NCBI GenBank assembly: GCA_013115125.1
Contig: JABANN010000006.1
Coordinates: 62,001 to 126,000, forward strand
Reading direction: 5' to 3'
Length of the DNA stretch: 64,000 nt
DNA from: Perkinsus olseni
Lineage: Eukaryota
Shown: in pieces, positions 13,509 to 25,888 of the stretch
Position numbering within the stretch: the first letter of the stretch is position 1
Layout: the number at the start of each line of letters is the position of its first letter
Program-made: the position numbers and the translations under genes
Notes under the pieces: generated by a model
The model's database searches: none
What the model was told of the DNA's origin: nothing
What the model saw: only the letters and a program-made list of their open reading frames with translations

Positions 13509-13862
13509 TACCGCACCCAGGGTTCGAACCTGGGTCGTTTCTATCAGATAGTGTTTTATAGCCATACACAATGCTTCTCCACCTTATCAACCTACCGTTT
13601 TCGGGGTGAGCTGCTGTTCGCGAGACCGTTTGTGTTGCCTCGGTCTATACAGTGCAGCTCTCCTCTTTCGAGCGCCTTACCGCATTCCTGGCCGACTGCC
13701 AGGCAACTGGCGCGGCGCTCCGCGGTGCCAATTTATTTTGTTCAACTGTACTTGTCAACTTGAGGATCGAATCGGCCGCCGCCGCCAGTAGCCGCCTTAC
13801 TCTGTGAATAAACCAAGCGACTTCGTCGGCGGCTGAATTGCTGTTAATTTATGATAGTTTTT
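13509..13862 (+). ncRNA. candidate structured ncRNA with adjacent tRNA-like T-arm/B-box; identity unknown
   Basis: B-box hairpin ACCCAGG-GTTCGAA-CCTGGGT (13515-13535). Helices: TACCGT/GCGGTG, GAGCTGC/GCAGCTC, AGACCG/CGGTCT, GAGCGCC/GGCGCTC, CCTGGC/GCCAGG, AGCCGCC/GGCGGCT. Sm-like AATTTATTTTG at 13730-13740; T5 run at 13858-13862. Confidence 0.3.
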
Positions 13863-14367
13863 GTCCATTGGCGTAGTCAGCCCATAGTTTATCCTCAGTA
13901 GTGTTTCTCTCGACCTCCTCTGCTTTCGTGCTCTGTCAATGCTGGAATCGCTCTTGTTGTGAGCTGGTAGTACATGGGTGGGTGGATGGGGGCAGCCTGA
14001 GCCGACGACAGCGATGGTGGTATTGGTGATGGTCTTAGTTGCGTCTAACGATGGTTGAGAAGGACTCCCTACGATCTAGCAGCAGCAGTAGTCACGAAGA
14101 TGCCGGTGGTCCTAGCTCATCCGATTCCCGAGTACATTCATGGTGGAGGCTACCAGAGGTGAGGAGGGGGTGGTATGTCTCGCCTGCGTGAGGAATCGTA
14201 AGGGGGGTCACTTGGTTACCCCCCTCCCCTGGATCTGATGGCAGTTCTCTGATGATCATAGGGAACAGACTCGAAGCGTTCTGGACGGTCTCAGTCGGCA
14301 CGACCGTCACAATCCTCACCTAAAAGACGCAGAGCGAATAAATTCGTGTAGGTCTATGCCCTAGTCC

Positions 14368-15834
14368 ATGCGGTGAGGCTCTCTCGACTGTCTCAGTCTG
14401 CCCGATCGTCACACAAGGAGCGGCTCGTTAGCTGCTCGTTCGTCCATGCCTGAGGTTCGCATCGAGAAGAACGATATCGTCAGCACTGAAGGGGTCCGGC
14501 TGCCGGCTGGTCCGACCCGTGAGCATGTGGGCGATTATCGGAATCTGTGCGAAGGTTCGGTGCAGTCGCTGTTGTGGCTTCTGTCAGAGTGACGATACCG
14601 ACCTTCGCAGTAGGCTGAGGCGAGTGGAAGATGGAGGGGAGAGGATTCGCAGGAAGCTGCTCATGTCAGCGGGGGACGCTATGTGAGGACAATAGCCTCC
14701 AATTACTCTTAATGTGGGAGTCAGAAGCGGATCAACGAGGGGTCATGAGGAGCCGGTCGTACGACCTTGTAGGGCATTCAAGCTAGGCAAGAGGAGGCTG
14801 TTGGAGGAGGTAAAGAAAAGAGTATCAATCTCCGCTCCCTGAGCCCACGTTCAGCCGGTCCAGCCCAGTCGTGGTGAACGCTGCCAACCGCCACGGTCGG
14901 AGGCCCTCGCTTTTGGGAAGTCCCCGTGTCCGCTCGAGGCGAGCTCAAGAGTAGCAGCTCCTGGTCTGCTGCCTTATGTATGCTTGCCTGGACAGGAACG
15001 CGGTGCCTCGCCCACGCAAATAACGAGAGCCATAGAGCGCTGTGTCGATAGTCTCTGCTCTAAGCGACTAGACGACTATGCTGACCTGCCCAGCATGCCG
15101 CCGCAGAGTCGGAAGGTACGTGGTCATCAGCCCCAGTCATGGCGGGTGGGTAATACTTGTATTCTATCAGGCGGCAGTGCGGCTCTTCGATGCTATCTCT
15201 ATTGACCTAGAGTGCCTCCGCCGACAGATCAGGTTGGTCTGTCACTTCCTGTGGATTGCCTGGTCGCTAGGTGAAAGTGTCTCAGACGGGAGCTGGCGCG
15301 TCTTCACACCCGCGGCAGCGCAGAGGATCGGGCTCCCGGGTTCCGCAGCAGTAATCGTGAATCTCGCCAATTATCTAGTACGAGAGCTACCAAAACCGCA
15401 CCTCCGGCCTTGACCCAGGTGGGGAGAGTCAAGGTGAACACCCCTCCCAACCTCTTGCCAAGACCACTTCTCAGTTCGCTCGGTCGCCGCCCGCCCCCGC
15501 CATAAGCTCCCCTCCGACCTTGTCGCCTACCTATCATCGACGGGTGTTTAATCACTCGGAGCATCCAGGCTGTGCGGCAGCGGTGGCACGGCGCTCTGTA
15601 TCTGCGGACCCTATGCCGTCGCGGAGCTGCAGGGTTGCTGCCGAGGAAGACGATAGTGTCCTACTGCCGAACTGCCTCACCCCACAGCATTGCGTAGGAC
15701 TCGACCGGCCTAATTCTCTTCCATGCCACCGCCGTGCATGGATCGGTGATTGCTCAGATATTATCACCCCGTTCGAGAGGAGGGAGGGGCCTTCGCTCCC
15801 GATGGCAGGAGCGAGGATTGTGACTGTTACCTAG
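14368..15834 (+). CDS. multi-exon hypothetical low-complexity protein
   Basis: A chain of short open segments bounded by GT/AG (e.g. ERGASPTQITRAIERCVDSLCSKRLDDYADLPSMPPQSRK|AAVRLFDAISIDLECLRRQIR). No family recognised. Confidence 0.4.
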
Positions 15835-16187
15835 CGTGCATGACTATCACTATTGCTGTGTTACTCACAACCCCTGCTGTTGACTAGCCCACTCAGTCGA
15901 GTTTGAGTGCTTCAAAGCTATTCGAGGGCTGCTGTTCAGCTTCCTCACCGAGGACGGTCGCGCTCAGTCGACCTTCGACTGCCGAAGCCCACAGCCCTCG
16001 AAAGCCTTCCTATTCGCATAGATTTCCGTTTGATTCCTATTGTAGCCTAGCTACATTAGAGGCTCTGCGGGAGTGAGCGTCGGGTTTGTCTAAAGGAATG
16101 TCCGTAGTTTCACCACTGCCCGGTCCGGAGTCGCGACGGGTTAGCTCATTCTCACCGCAGAGCTCTTGGTTCTCGAGATCGTGTCCA

Positions 16188-16869
16188 ATGTCCGCCTTGG
16201 CTGGAAAGACGCTGCTCACCCAAGACGGGTCCGAGGTGAAGGCCGATGACGTGCTCTCTAGCAAGGAGAAGATCGCCCTGTGAGCGTCTGGAGCCGCGAA
16301 GTGTGTAGCGCAGTCTTCCCCGGGTCATAGGTACTTCTCGGCCCACTGGTGCCCCCCTTGCCGCAAGTTCACCCCCATCCTCAAGGAGTTCTATGAGGTC
16401 AGCGACTCCTCTCCTCTTAGCTGCAGTCCAGCAGATACGTTGTGTCTCAGGACGTGAAGGAGGAGGATGAGGACAAGCTAGAGATCATATTCATTTCGAG
16501 CGACAAGTCCGAGGAGGAGCAGGTAGGACTACCGCTGCCGCTATAGTGTCCTTCCATAGCTGCATCAGGTTGAGTATCATAAAGAGGAACAGGGGGAGTG
16601 GCTCAGAGTCCCTTATGGCGACGTCGAGACCAGAGACGCGCTGAAGAAGGAGTTCGGAGTGTGCGCTGGAATCGAGAAGGAGAATCTTGGCATCATCAAC
16701 AACCACAAGTCTGGCATCCCGTGCCTGCTTGTAAGCTGGTAGCGTAATCGGCCTGTCTGTTATTCCTGCGGCTCAGGTCCTGGACGAGGACAAGAAGGAT
16801 GTGAAGATCTTTGATGGCGTGAATGACGTTAAGACCATGGGACCAGTAGCCGTCGATATGAAATGGTGA
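16188..16869 (+). CDS. nucleoredoxin/tryparedoxin-like thioredoxin-fold protein (5 exons)
   Basis: [26 protein letters not shown]|…[15 protein letters not shown]|…WLRVPYGD…GIPCLL|VLD: WCPPC active site (16347-16361) and cis-Pro GIP motif. Confidence 0.92.
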
Positions 16870-16968
16870 TTGCTGTAACCCTTCATTGCATGCATGTCCG
16901 TTTTTAATAATAGTTCATTTAAGGCCTCCTCAGTGACTGTCGTTATAGTAGTACTGAAAGGTAGCGGG

Positions 16969-19900
16969 ATGGTCACTGTGAGCGAAGCAGACCTGCTCAG
17001 TGTTGTAGTAGCAGTGCACCGCCGGTGGCTGGAAGGAAGAAGGAATATGGTATCGAGATAGTCGCTGAGAGTGAAGCAGACCGGCGTGGTAGTTGCAGTA
17101 GTCATGTTGAATGTCACTTGAGCTGTCGGTATCCACATCCTCATTATCGACCTCTCCTGCCGCCTCGCCTCGCGTGGTGGCTGCTGTCCCCAAGAACTGT
17201 GAGGGGGTAGTCATCGATGAGGATAAGGTGCACTATAGAGGCTTGAGGTAGAACCGGCATTATACATCATTCCTATTCTCTCAAACCCACACCACTCGCG
17301 CTAGGGGAGTAACTCTCCGTGATTCTCCTCTCAAGGACGCCCGCAGTCAACCGCTGTTTGAAAACTAGCGCCACCTTGAACGGCTTCTCGTGATCTTCGT
17401 CTCGTTGTTGCAAACGCGATTGGGTTGGGCTGGATGCCGGAAGCCATCTCATTGGCAGTTACCTCTTCAATTCTGTGATCGAGGACCCGGACGCGTGCTC
17501 CCCTGAAGACCTTTACCAACGCACCTTCGCAGACCTTGTAACCGTAGCAGCTGAGGCTAGGCGAGGAGCGCTTCTCCTGGTTGTCGGCTCTCTCGCAGTC
17601 GGGAAAAAATTATTGGACCAAGTTTCAACACATGCCTTCGAGCAAAGCAGAGGGACGGGAGTGTCTTTTGAAGTGTATGAGACTACCAGAGACGGGGCAA
17701 CAGCTGGCCAGCTCCTCGAGAGCACCGACTGCGAGAGCCCTGAGGATCTTCTTGCGTGCGTGTCCCTAGGCCACAGCTTGATCTCCTCGCCCTACAACGA
17801 CCTCTGTAGTGTCCTCAAGCTCCGTGGTGCATCAGTCACGGTCATCAACTCCTCTTGCAACTCCCTTGGCTCCTTCATATTTCCTTCCTTCATTCGTACC
17901 ATACCATCCATAACTCACACTTGCCTGATACTGTGTCTGCCCAGCGTCGTGTCCAATCACGAGAGCCTCGAGAGGGACCTCAGAAGGGCTCTAGCCCTAG
18001 TGGGAAGACGACCAGTCGACGCCGAGCAGCAGTTGGAGGACCTCATAACTGCTTGGGAGGCGAAATACGGCATGGGAGAGGTCGAAGAGACGAGCCGAGT
18101 CAGCAGATTGCAAGCTGTTGAGAGGAAGCTGCGTGACGATATTGACAGAATAACGGAAGAGTGTGATAGGCACCGCAGGAGAGTCAGCGTCCTGAGCGAC
18201 AGACTCAGCGAGGTGGCCCAGTTCGGGGTGCTCACGGGAGGGAAGGATAAGGACGAGGGTGAGCCGCACCACCACGACTAACGAGTCGAGAGCCATACGA
18301 CCTCAGCGACCAGGGAAGAACTCGCGGAGAGCCGACGGGCTCGCAAGGAGCTGATGACGAAGCTGGAAGAGCTGGAGGGTGTCAAGACAGAGATCGAGGC
18401 AGATAGGGACCGGCTGGTGGGCAGCTTTAGCCCCATGCTGCCATGGGCGGTCGGGAATAACTTGGCCATTCTGTCAGGCGGTGGAGGCTGGAGCTCAGAG
18501 TCGAGCTAGCGAGAAGATGAAAGCGGAAGTCTTGAAGTGGCGACGATCGCTAGAGGCTCTGCAGCAGCAAGTCTGCTCTGCTTCGAGCAGGCGGCTCTCG
18601 ATCTTGGAGTGCTCCTTGTAGGTGACTACGGATGCGGAAGTGCGGCGAGCGGAGACGAGCAAGCTTTCAGCAGAGCTACAGAGGTGGAAAGAGAAGGTAC
18701 GGGAGGCACTCTAGGCCAACTCGTACAGAGGTGGCCTGTCAGTCTGCCAAGGCCGACTCAGCCCTGGAGGAGTCGGAACGAGCGCGCGTTGAGGCCCAAG
18801 GTCAAGTTGAGCTAGTGAAAGCAGATCTTAGCTCCACTCGGGGTCGCGTAACGGACCTGGAAGGACAGGTGAGCATCCCCAGGTTAGCTCTTGATGCAAG
18901 GTGTTTTCCCTATGGCTTCACATGAGTCTGCTTCATTTCACCTCAGCTTGCGCGATCACACTCATTCGATATCAGCGGCAGCAAGTCTGTGACAGTGTGG
19001 GTGACGGTGCGTCTCTCAGCTCTCAAAGCAGTCCCGAAGTTTCCAAGAGACTGTCGTGGATATCCGCCGAGAGCATGAGCTCATCAGGACGGAACTAGAG
19101 ACCGAGACGCAGCGCCTGAGACGCGAAGTAGCAAGTCGTGTTCCCGCCGAATCCCTGACGCCCTCAATCAGCTAGATGAGCGCAATGCTGATATGCTTGA
19201 GGCTGCACAGAAGGCCACCCAACTGAAGGGCACGATCGAGGCCCTCCAAGAGGAGGTGTTGCGCGTCTCTACTGGGCTCTCTGCTAGCTGGACTGTGTCG
19301 TCAGAACGCCCATGTTGTTGATGATAACAATCGGTATCGTCTTCGAGTGGAGGGCCTCACGCGTCGAGTGGCTGAGCTGACGCAGCTATGGCAGGAGTCG
19401 AGGGAGGAGCAGGCCCAGCAGCTCACAGTGAGCAAGCTTTGGAGTGGTTCAATGAGAGATCCTGTAGCCTTAGGCAGCGCTGAGGCTAGCGGACGAGAAG
19501 TCTCATGAGCTTGAAGTGGTCACTGCTGAGGTCATCGCCCTTCGTAGCGAGAAGAACTCCCTTGTGGAGGTGAACACCACCAGAGACTAGCCGGCTTCTC
19601 TTTCCACTTAGGAACTGTCGCGACTGCACCACAGCTCATCATCAGCAGCAGCACAGGAGAGTGGATGGATGAGCCAGGCCGAGATCGCTCTAGCGGGGAC
19701 AGATCTTATACCAGTGACGAGCCTGTCGTGGCGCAGTCAAGATATCACCAGGGAGGTGAGCATCTCTGTGAAGACCATTTCAGCGGGAAGTCGATTCATC
19801 CGTTCAGCTCGAAGAAGCTCATAACCAAATGAAGGCAGAGATAGTCCAGCTGACGGTGGCACTGGCTGCAGCCGAGCGTGCCGCCGTCGAAGCACAGGAG

Positions 19901-22900
19901 CAGCAGGCCTTGTCCTCGCGATTGCCCTCGGGGTTCCAGCGAGAGCTGCTAGACAGACGAAACAATTGGTGCCAGACGGAGATTGCTGGCTCCAAGCTGA
20001 GGTTGCCAGAACCGTCCAAGAGCTTCGACGATTTCGTCAGCCAGCAGGTAAATGCGCTGAGCTTGTCGACCTTTCCGGCGCTCGGCTGCCATTGCTGCGT
20101 TGATGTACTTCGGGTACCCTCAGGTGGTCGCCGCAGCAAGCTGTCTCGAGCAGCAGCTACTCAGCAAAGTACGACTCCTCGAAACTGCTGTCGAATGCTC
20201 CCGTATGAGCAGCGAGGACTTTAGAGGGAGGTGAGTGGAGGTCAACGAGGTCGTCTTCCGCAGTGCTGGCCCTTAGAGCCCTCCGAGATCGGATGTCTCG
20301 AATGGACTCACAGGACGCTCTTGAGAAAGCGACCGCTGATGCGGTGGATCTACGTCGCAAGATGGAGAGGTGTGGACTGTTTCGGACCCTCGCCCGCCTC
20401 GGCAGCATTGGCTCTATGCTGCCACTTAGTGCTTACTGCTCTCGCTCGACGGATTACAACTTTCCGAGTCTTTCAAGTTAGTGCATCACTTCAGGAGTAT
20501 TCGTGAGCTGACTGTCGCCGAGGACAAAAACCAGGAGCTTCAGAGGGAAGTTCTCGCCCTCAAGGAACGCCTGAAGACCACCGAGGAGCTCCACAGAGAA
20601 GAACTGGCGTACGGCTTGAGGAGAGGCTCTCTCAGACGGAAGCTTTTCAGGAACTTGACCGAACATGACTCTAAAGCGCTGAGGGACATCATCGCATCCA
20701 GGGAAGGCAGAATGCTGCAGATGAAGACCTCCCGCTTGGAGGCTGCCGCGTAAAAGCGGGGATGCCGAGCGCAACTGGGCCACCGAATCCGTAGCTGATA
20801 TGCTCCGGTTCTCTGTCGAGGTTAGGCATGCCGCTGCTCTACGTGAGAGGGACACAGTGGTAGGCGCGCTGCGAGAAGAGCGTGATAGGCTGCAAGAAGA
20901 GATTCGCGATCACCGCTCCGATAACCTGTCATAATCATTCTCGATTACATCATCTCCCGATGGGCTTTTTCGTCAGCTCCTTGACAGCCCGACTCGAAGA
21001 CCTCGGTAGGAGCCTGTACCAATCGGAAAATGAAAACGCGGAGAAGATGTGAGGAACAGCAGCGAACCTTTCGCACGTGTCGTCCGCCGTCGTATGCTTA
21101 GCGGTTGCCGGATGATGATCAGGTCGCAGCAGATCGCGGGATATGAAGAGGTCATAGCCGCCCTGCGAGCTCGGTGTGACGAGCTACAGAGGTAGGCTGC
21201 CCTTCGCATCGAAGGCAGACTCCCGTCTCATCTAGGCGCCCTTCTGAGTGCCCTTCTGACTCCAACAGTAGTCTCCAAAAAAAGGTGGACAGCCTGCAGA
21301 ATCAGCTTGCCTCGCTGAGAGAAGAGCTATTGGAGTCCTCGAGGCTGTTAGCAGAACAAGTTTCACGCAGGTGGGAGTGGTACAGCTCCGCGACCGAGGC
21401 CTTCCCATCGCCCCTGTGCAGCACTCTGCAAGCTGATGGGTATGAAGGTGTCATTGCCGGATTGAGGTCCCGCTGCCAGGAGTTGGAGGATGCAGTGACG
21501 AGGTGACGTTCCATGCCTTCTAGGACAAGGCACCCCGGTTTCGCGCAGCGCCAGCAACGGCCTCCACTCGAAGAATCCGCGGAACACATACGAACAGTCA
21601 CGATACTGCAAGGCCGTAGAGCGCATATTGGCGCAAAGCCCTCCCGTACAGTCCTAACTCGTACAGTCGTCGATTGGTTTTTCCTACTTCGTAAAGCTTC
21701 AATGAGGACAGTGTAAACCAGTACGACCTCTTTTCTGCCATATTTCGCGCCGCGCCAAGGTTTCTGCATGGACTTTGTTCCGATACGAGTACGCTTTGCG
21801 CCTCCAAAAGGCGGAATGCCTACAGTGTATCAGCCACTTATCGGTCGTAGTGGTAGTAGTAGGATATATCTCTGAGCTTCCTCCCATTCTTGTTGTGTAG
21901 GTCGGAACTAGCGCATTCCGAGGAGCTCCGAGCCCTCAACGAAGCCAAGTGCGAGGCGGTGGGTTGCCTGGAGGCAAAGCTCGCGGAAACGCAAGGGCTG
22001 CTCTCTGAGGCGATGCATAAGTCCGTATTTCGATCGTGCAGTATCGACTATCCATGGGCAGTGTGAAATTCACGCTGTAGATGATCACCATGTCCCCTCA
22101 GGATGGAGCAAGTGTCTCCTATAGACGATCAGCGCCGGAGACAGGCGCAAACTCAAACTTGGGTGGATTCGTCAAGTCCTGAAAACCATCATGAGGAGAT
22201 GGTGGCAGAGATGTAGGCCGGGAAATGTCGCATTGGTGTAGCCGACTACTGCAGCTGTCGTCCTAAGAGACGTTTATCCGTTTTCGTTACGGGATGGTAC
22301 TATGGAGGTGTCTCGAGCTGGGAGTCTCCCCACACTCGTAGTAGGAACTCTGCTGTCGAGACTCTTCAGACCGATCATGCCGGCCGAGGAATCAGTGGTC
22401 GCCGTGCAGAGTCAAAGAGCCGAGCTCCTCTCCATGGCCCTAGAGGATATGAAGTGCCTTTTCCAGTCCTACGCTCACTCCGTCAGCTGCCCTTGTCAGG
22501 TGTCGAGCAATAGTCGATAACTCCCTCAGCGTCGAAGCATCGAAGTCGGCGCTGGAAGAGCTCTCTAGGTGCGTGTAGCGGTACTACGGGTTTCTCGGAC
22601 ACATGCTCATGATGGGACTACTGTCTCGCGAACGCAGCAAAAGCTCGGGCGCCCATGCATACTGTTCGAGTTTTCAGGCTTAGAGAAGAGTTGGTGGATG
22701 CCAAGGACGAGCTGAAGTCTGCGCAGATGCTGGCTGCTCAACAGGGGCGGGAGAACTCACGCCTGCAGGAGCTGATGGCGGCGAGAGACCAGCTATCTAT
22801 TGAGCGAATTAGCTTATTACGCGAAGACTTCTGCGCCCGAGAGGGGCATCTTAAGAATGGGATGCAGCGGGTGCTCGCGGAGCTTGCCAGCTCCCTTGAG

Positions 22901-25176
22901 GTTCCGGTCGACAAGGGCTTCTCCAGCTCAGTGGTAGATTCTGTTGCGCTCGGTGGCGCACTAAAACGCGCTATCGAGGCCCTGCAGGAGAAGCAGAGCT
23001 TCTCAGAGGGGCGACAGGAGGACTTGCAACGACAGCTAGAGCGGGCCAACTTAGCGCTGGGACAAGCAAGGTCTTCAGCCTCGGGGCTATTAGAAGAATT
23101 CCGGGCTATCATGGGGGCGATGAGTCTGCCTGCGGGAACCAGATCGACCCCTGATCTCCCGGGATCTGTTGCTGATGAGGTCCGGAGGCTGCTCGCCGTG
23201 GCCAGCGAGTCTCGGCTACGCGAGGAGGAGTTGAAGAGAAATTGCGCTCGGCTGCAGGGTGAAATCGACGAGTACATTTCCCAGCTCCGCTCACAGCAGG
23301 AGGAGAATGAGGCGTTACGTCGTGAGCTCAGGCTGGCTGAGGACGCTCGGAACGAGCTGGAAACTGGGATGGCTCGGCTGAGTGATGAAATTCACACCAG
23401 CAATGGTGTAGCGCGCTCCGCCCGGGCTGAGCTCGAGTGCAGGCAAGCTGAGGTAGAGCAGCTGACAGCAGACAACAAGAGTCTGCTGGAGGAAGCACGT
23501 CGAACTCGGGAATCTACTTCTACGTGTGCCGAGGAGTTTGAAAGGCGATCTAGGGAGGAGGCAGCCATGGTCTTTGACGACGCCATAGCCCGGCTCCAAG
23601 TTGTTGAGGATAGACACGCATCGAAGATTACGGAAGTCTACCGATCATGCGAAGAGAGGGGTCTAATGCTGTTGGAAGATATCCATGCCGTCCGGAACTT
23701 GGCGGAGCTGAGAGCCCGGGCAGCGGAGGAAGCAGCCGAGTGGATGGGGACTCTCCTTGAGGCGTCACGAGAACACTCCGAGGCCTTAGCGGGCGAGCTG
23801 CACGAGGTGAGGGTGGAGGTGGAGGACCTGCGAGAGGAGCTGGAGCGAACTCAAGAGCTGATGGTCGTTGAGGAAGGCAGACATCGAGTGGAGGTACAGT
23901 CCCTCCGAACCCGGCTGGTGGATTCAGGGGAAGACTGGACCACGCGGGAGGGGTGCGTCCGATGTAGAGTTGACTGCCGACGGTCGACTTGTTGTTGTCC
24001 TCCTTAGGCTGAGCATGCGCTTAGGAGATGCCGAGTCCTTGCTTGCAGCGGCGGAGGGTAGCCGGACGGGGTTCGCTAGATTGCTGACTGCCTTTGAGCA
24101 ACTCACAGCACGGTAAGGTGTCTGCATGCATTCCCGCAAGCTACTTTTGAGAGCCCCCAGGTGGGTAGAGTCCCTTGAGGGGTTCGAGCAAGTGTCGATG
24201 CGCTGCGCCGACTACGAGTCTCGGCAAGGCCCCAACTCCTTTGCTCTCGCGACGAGCGGTAGCTTGAGGAAGTATGCCACGGCCCCACGAGAGATGGATG
24301 CAATATCAGAACTTATCAGCTCGTCGAGGAAGGAGGTTAGTAGGTTCTGTAAGACGACAAGGGAGGGCCTCGGCAGGTGAACCCTTGAACGGTGGGACCT
24401 GGGCCAGCGTGCTCTGCTAGGTTCAGCGAACGAAGCCAAGAGACGTTGCATTCTCTCGAACGGGCCACTATGAGCAACGAGGATCTCATGTCGAGAGGTT
24501 GGATGGCTCTTGTTGAGGTCAACGCTGTGAAGGTAGGTCATTAGGCGTACACCAGTCAGACTATTCCTGCTAGGTCCGCGCCGAGCATCAACGGAGTGCC
24601 CTGCGAAAATATGCGAAGAACATCTGTGATAAGGTGGTGGAGGTGTGGTATAAACACGATAAGATGACCGAACGTTTGAGGGTTGCGGAGGCCTCACGAG
24701 ATGAGTTGCAGCAGAAGTACCACCAAGCGAAGCAGCAAGTAAGAGCATCCAGTTGCATATTTCAAGAGCATTGCTGATTGATCTTCAGCTCCTTCGCCTG
24801 CGAGCATAGCCCTGCCCTCGAACTTGCAGATTTGTCAACCTTCATGGGAATAGCGCTGTGCATGCATGCACACTCGGACAGCGGGAAAGTTTCACTTATG
24901 CGGGAGGTTTTGTTCGGAGTTTCTGGGGGGCATGGACGCACTCGTACCGTGAAGGCGAACTCCTCAGCGCACGCCCCTGCGAAACACCAACTCAAATTCA
25001 ACCTGCACATGCTCACCTGTACGACCAATGGTTTCGAGGCAAGCTAGGCCTCTATGGGAGGAGAACTGCTCGCAGGGAGAACCCTCGCCTTCATCATACT
25101 TTGGCTCGGCGCGAGCTATAACTAGGAAATCTTGCACCACTCATTAAGCTCGAACAGCGCGGTGCCTATCGCATAA
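16969..25176 (+). CDS. very long coiled-coil protein with a degenerate N-terminal kinesin-like head; many exons, both ends approximate, could be two genes
   Basis: Heptad E/R/L/A-rich exons throughout 18.1-24.5 kb (e.g. ORF 22655..24007) separated by ~50-nt GT-AG introns. The N-terminal exon carries kinesin-ordered motif remnants (YLFNSV, EDLYQRTFADLV, LVVGSLAVGK, VSFEVYE, TCLILCLPS…NHESLERDLRRA). Confidence 0.6.
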
Positions 25177-25492
25177 TGCTCGCACTGCAGAGGTGTAGAG
25201 CTCTAATCTCTGTGGTTGCTTCCTGTGTAGAATCTCAATGGGGTCGAGTGGAACGCGAATCCACTAAGAAATGTGTAAATTGACGATCTCAACAGGGCAG
25301 GTGAAAGAAGCGAATGCAGCTGATGAATGGTCAATATGAGATGGACGAGCTGCAGGCTGAAAAAAGCGCATCGACTGGCTCGCTTATGATGCAACATCTG
25401 CATACTAATAATACGAATATAACTATCACGACTCATGAAAGTGAGTATTGACTATTCTCGGGATGGGGGAAATCGCCCTCGAGAACCGAGAC

Positions 25493-25888
25493 TTAGCATG
25501 ACACCAGAGGATAGTAACCAAGCTGGATGGCATTCAGGTTCACGTAGATCGCGCCATTCCAAAAGGTGGTTTTGGAGAGCTCAGCACGATCGAAGGGCGC
25601 ACCAATATCGCTGATCAGAATGAGTAGTTTGTCGACGTCAGTGACAGTGATACGGCCTGTCGAGGAGTCGTACTCATACGTAACTCCGGTCTTGGTGCTC
25701 GCCACATCTTGACCGCCAGTGGGAGAGAACCAAACCGTGATGTCGAAGGTGGTCGGGCTCGTCATGGTCACGTGAACCGTCGAGTAGCCGGCTGGGCTAC
25801 TTGGAGACCCGCAATATTTACCGGATGGTTGAGCTTGCAGTAGGGCGTTGAGGGCGAGGAGAAGGATGATGCCGAAGAGGTGGCGCAT
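25493..25888 (-). CDS. small secreted protein (signal peptide + QPSGKYCGS start), intronless
   Basis: Hydrophobic leader MRHLFGIILLLALNALLQA, then QPSGKYCG…, a beta-rich body and a terminal Cys (2 Cys in total). Resembles lineage-specific secreted families I associate with Perkinsus. Confidence 0.75.
   Translation of the reverse strand: MRHLFGIILLLALNALLQAQPSGKYCGSPSSPAGYSTVHVTMTSPTTFDITVWFSPTGGQDVASTKTGVTYEYDSSTGRITVTDVDKLLILISDIGAPFDRAELSKTTFWNGAIYVNLNAIQLGYYPLVSC

Noticed and set aside
13509-13600. Complete tRNA gene
   Set aside because: Only a T-arm and a 3' acceptor-like strand are present; no D-arm, anticodon arm or complementary 5' strand at tRNA spacing.
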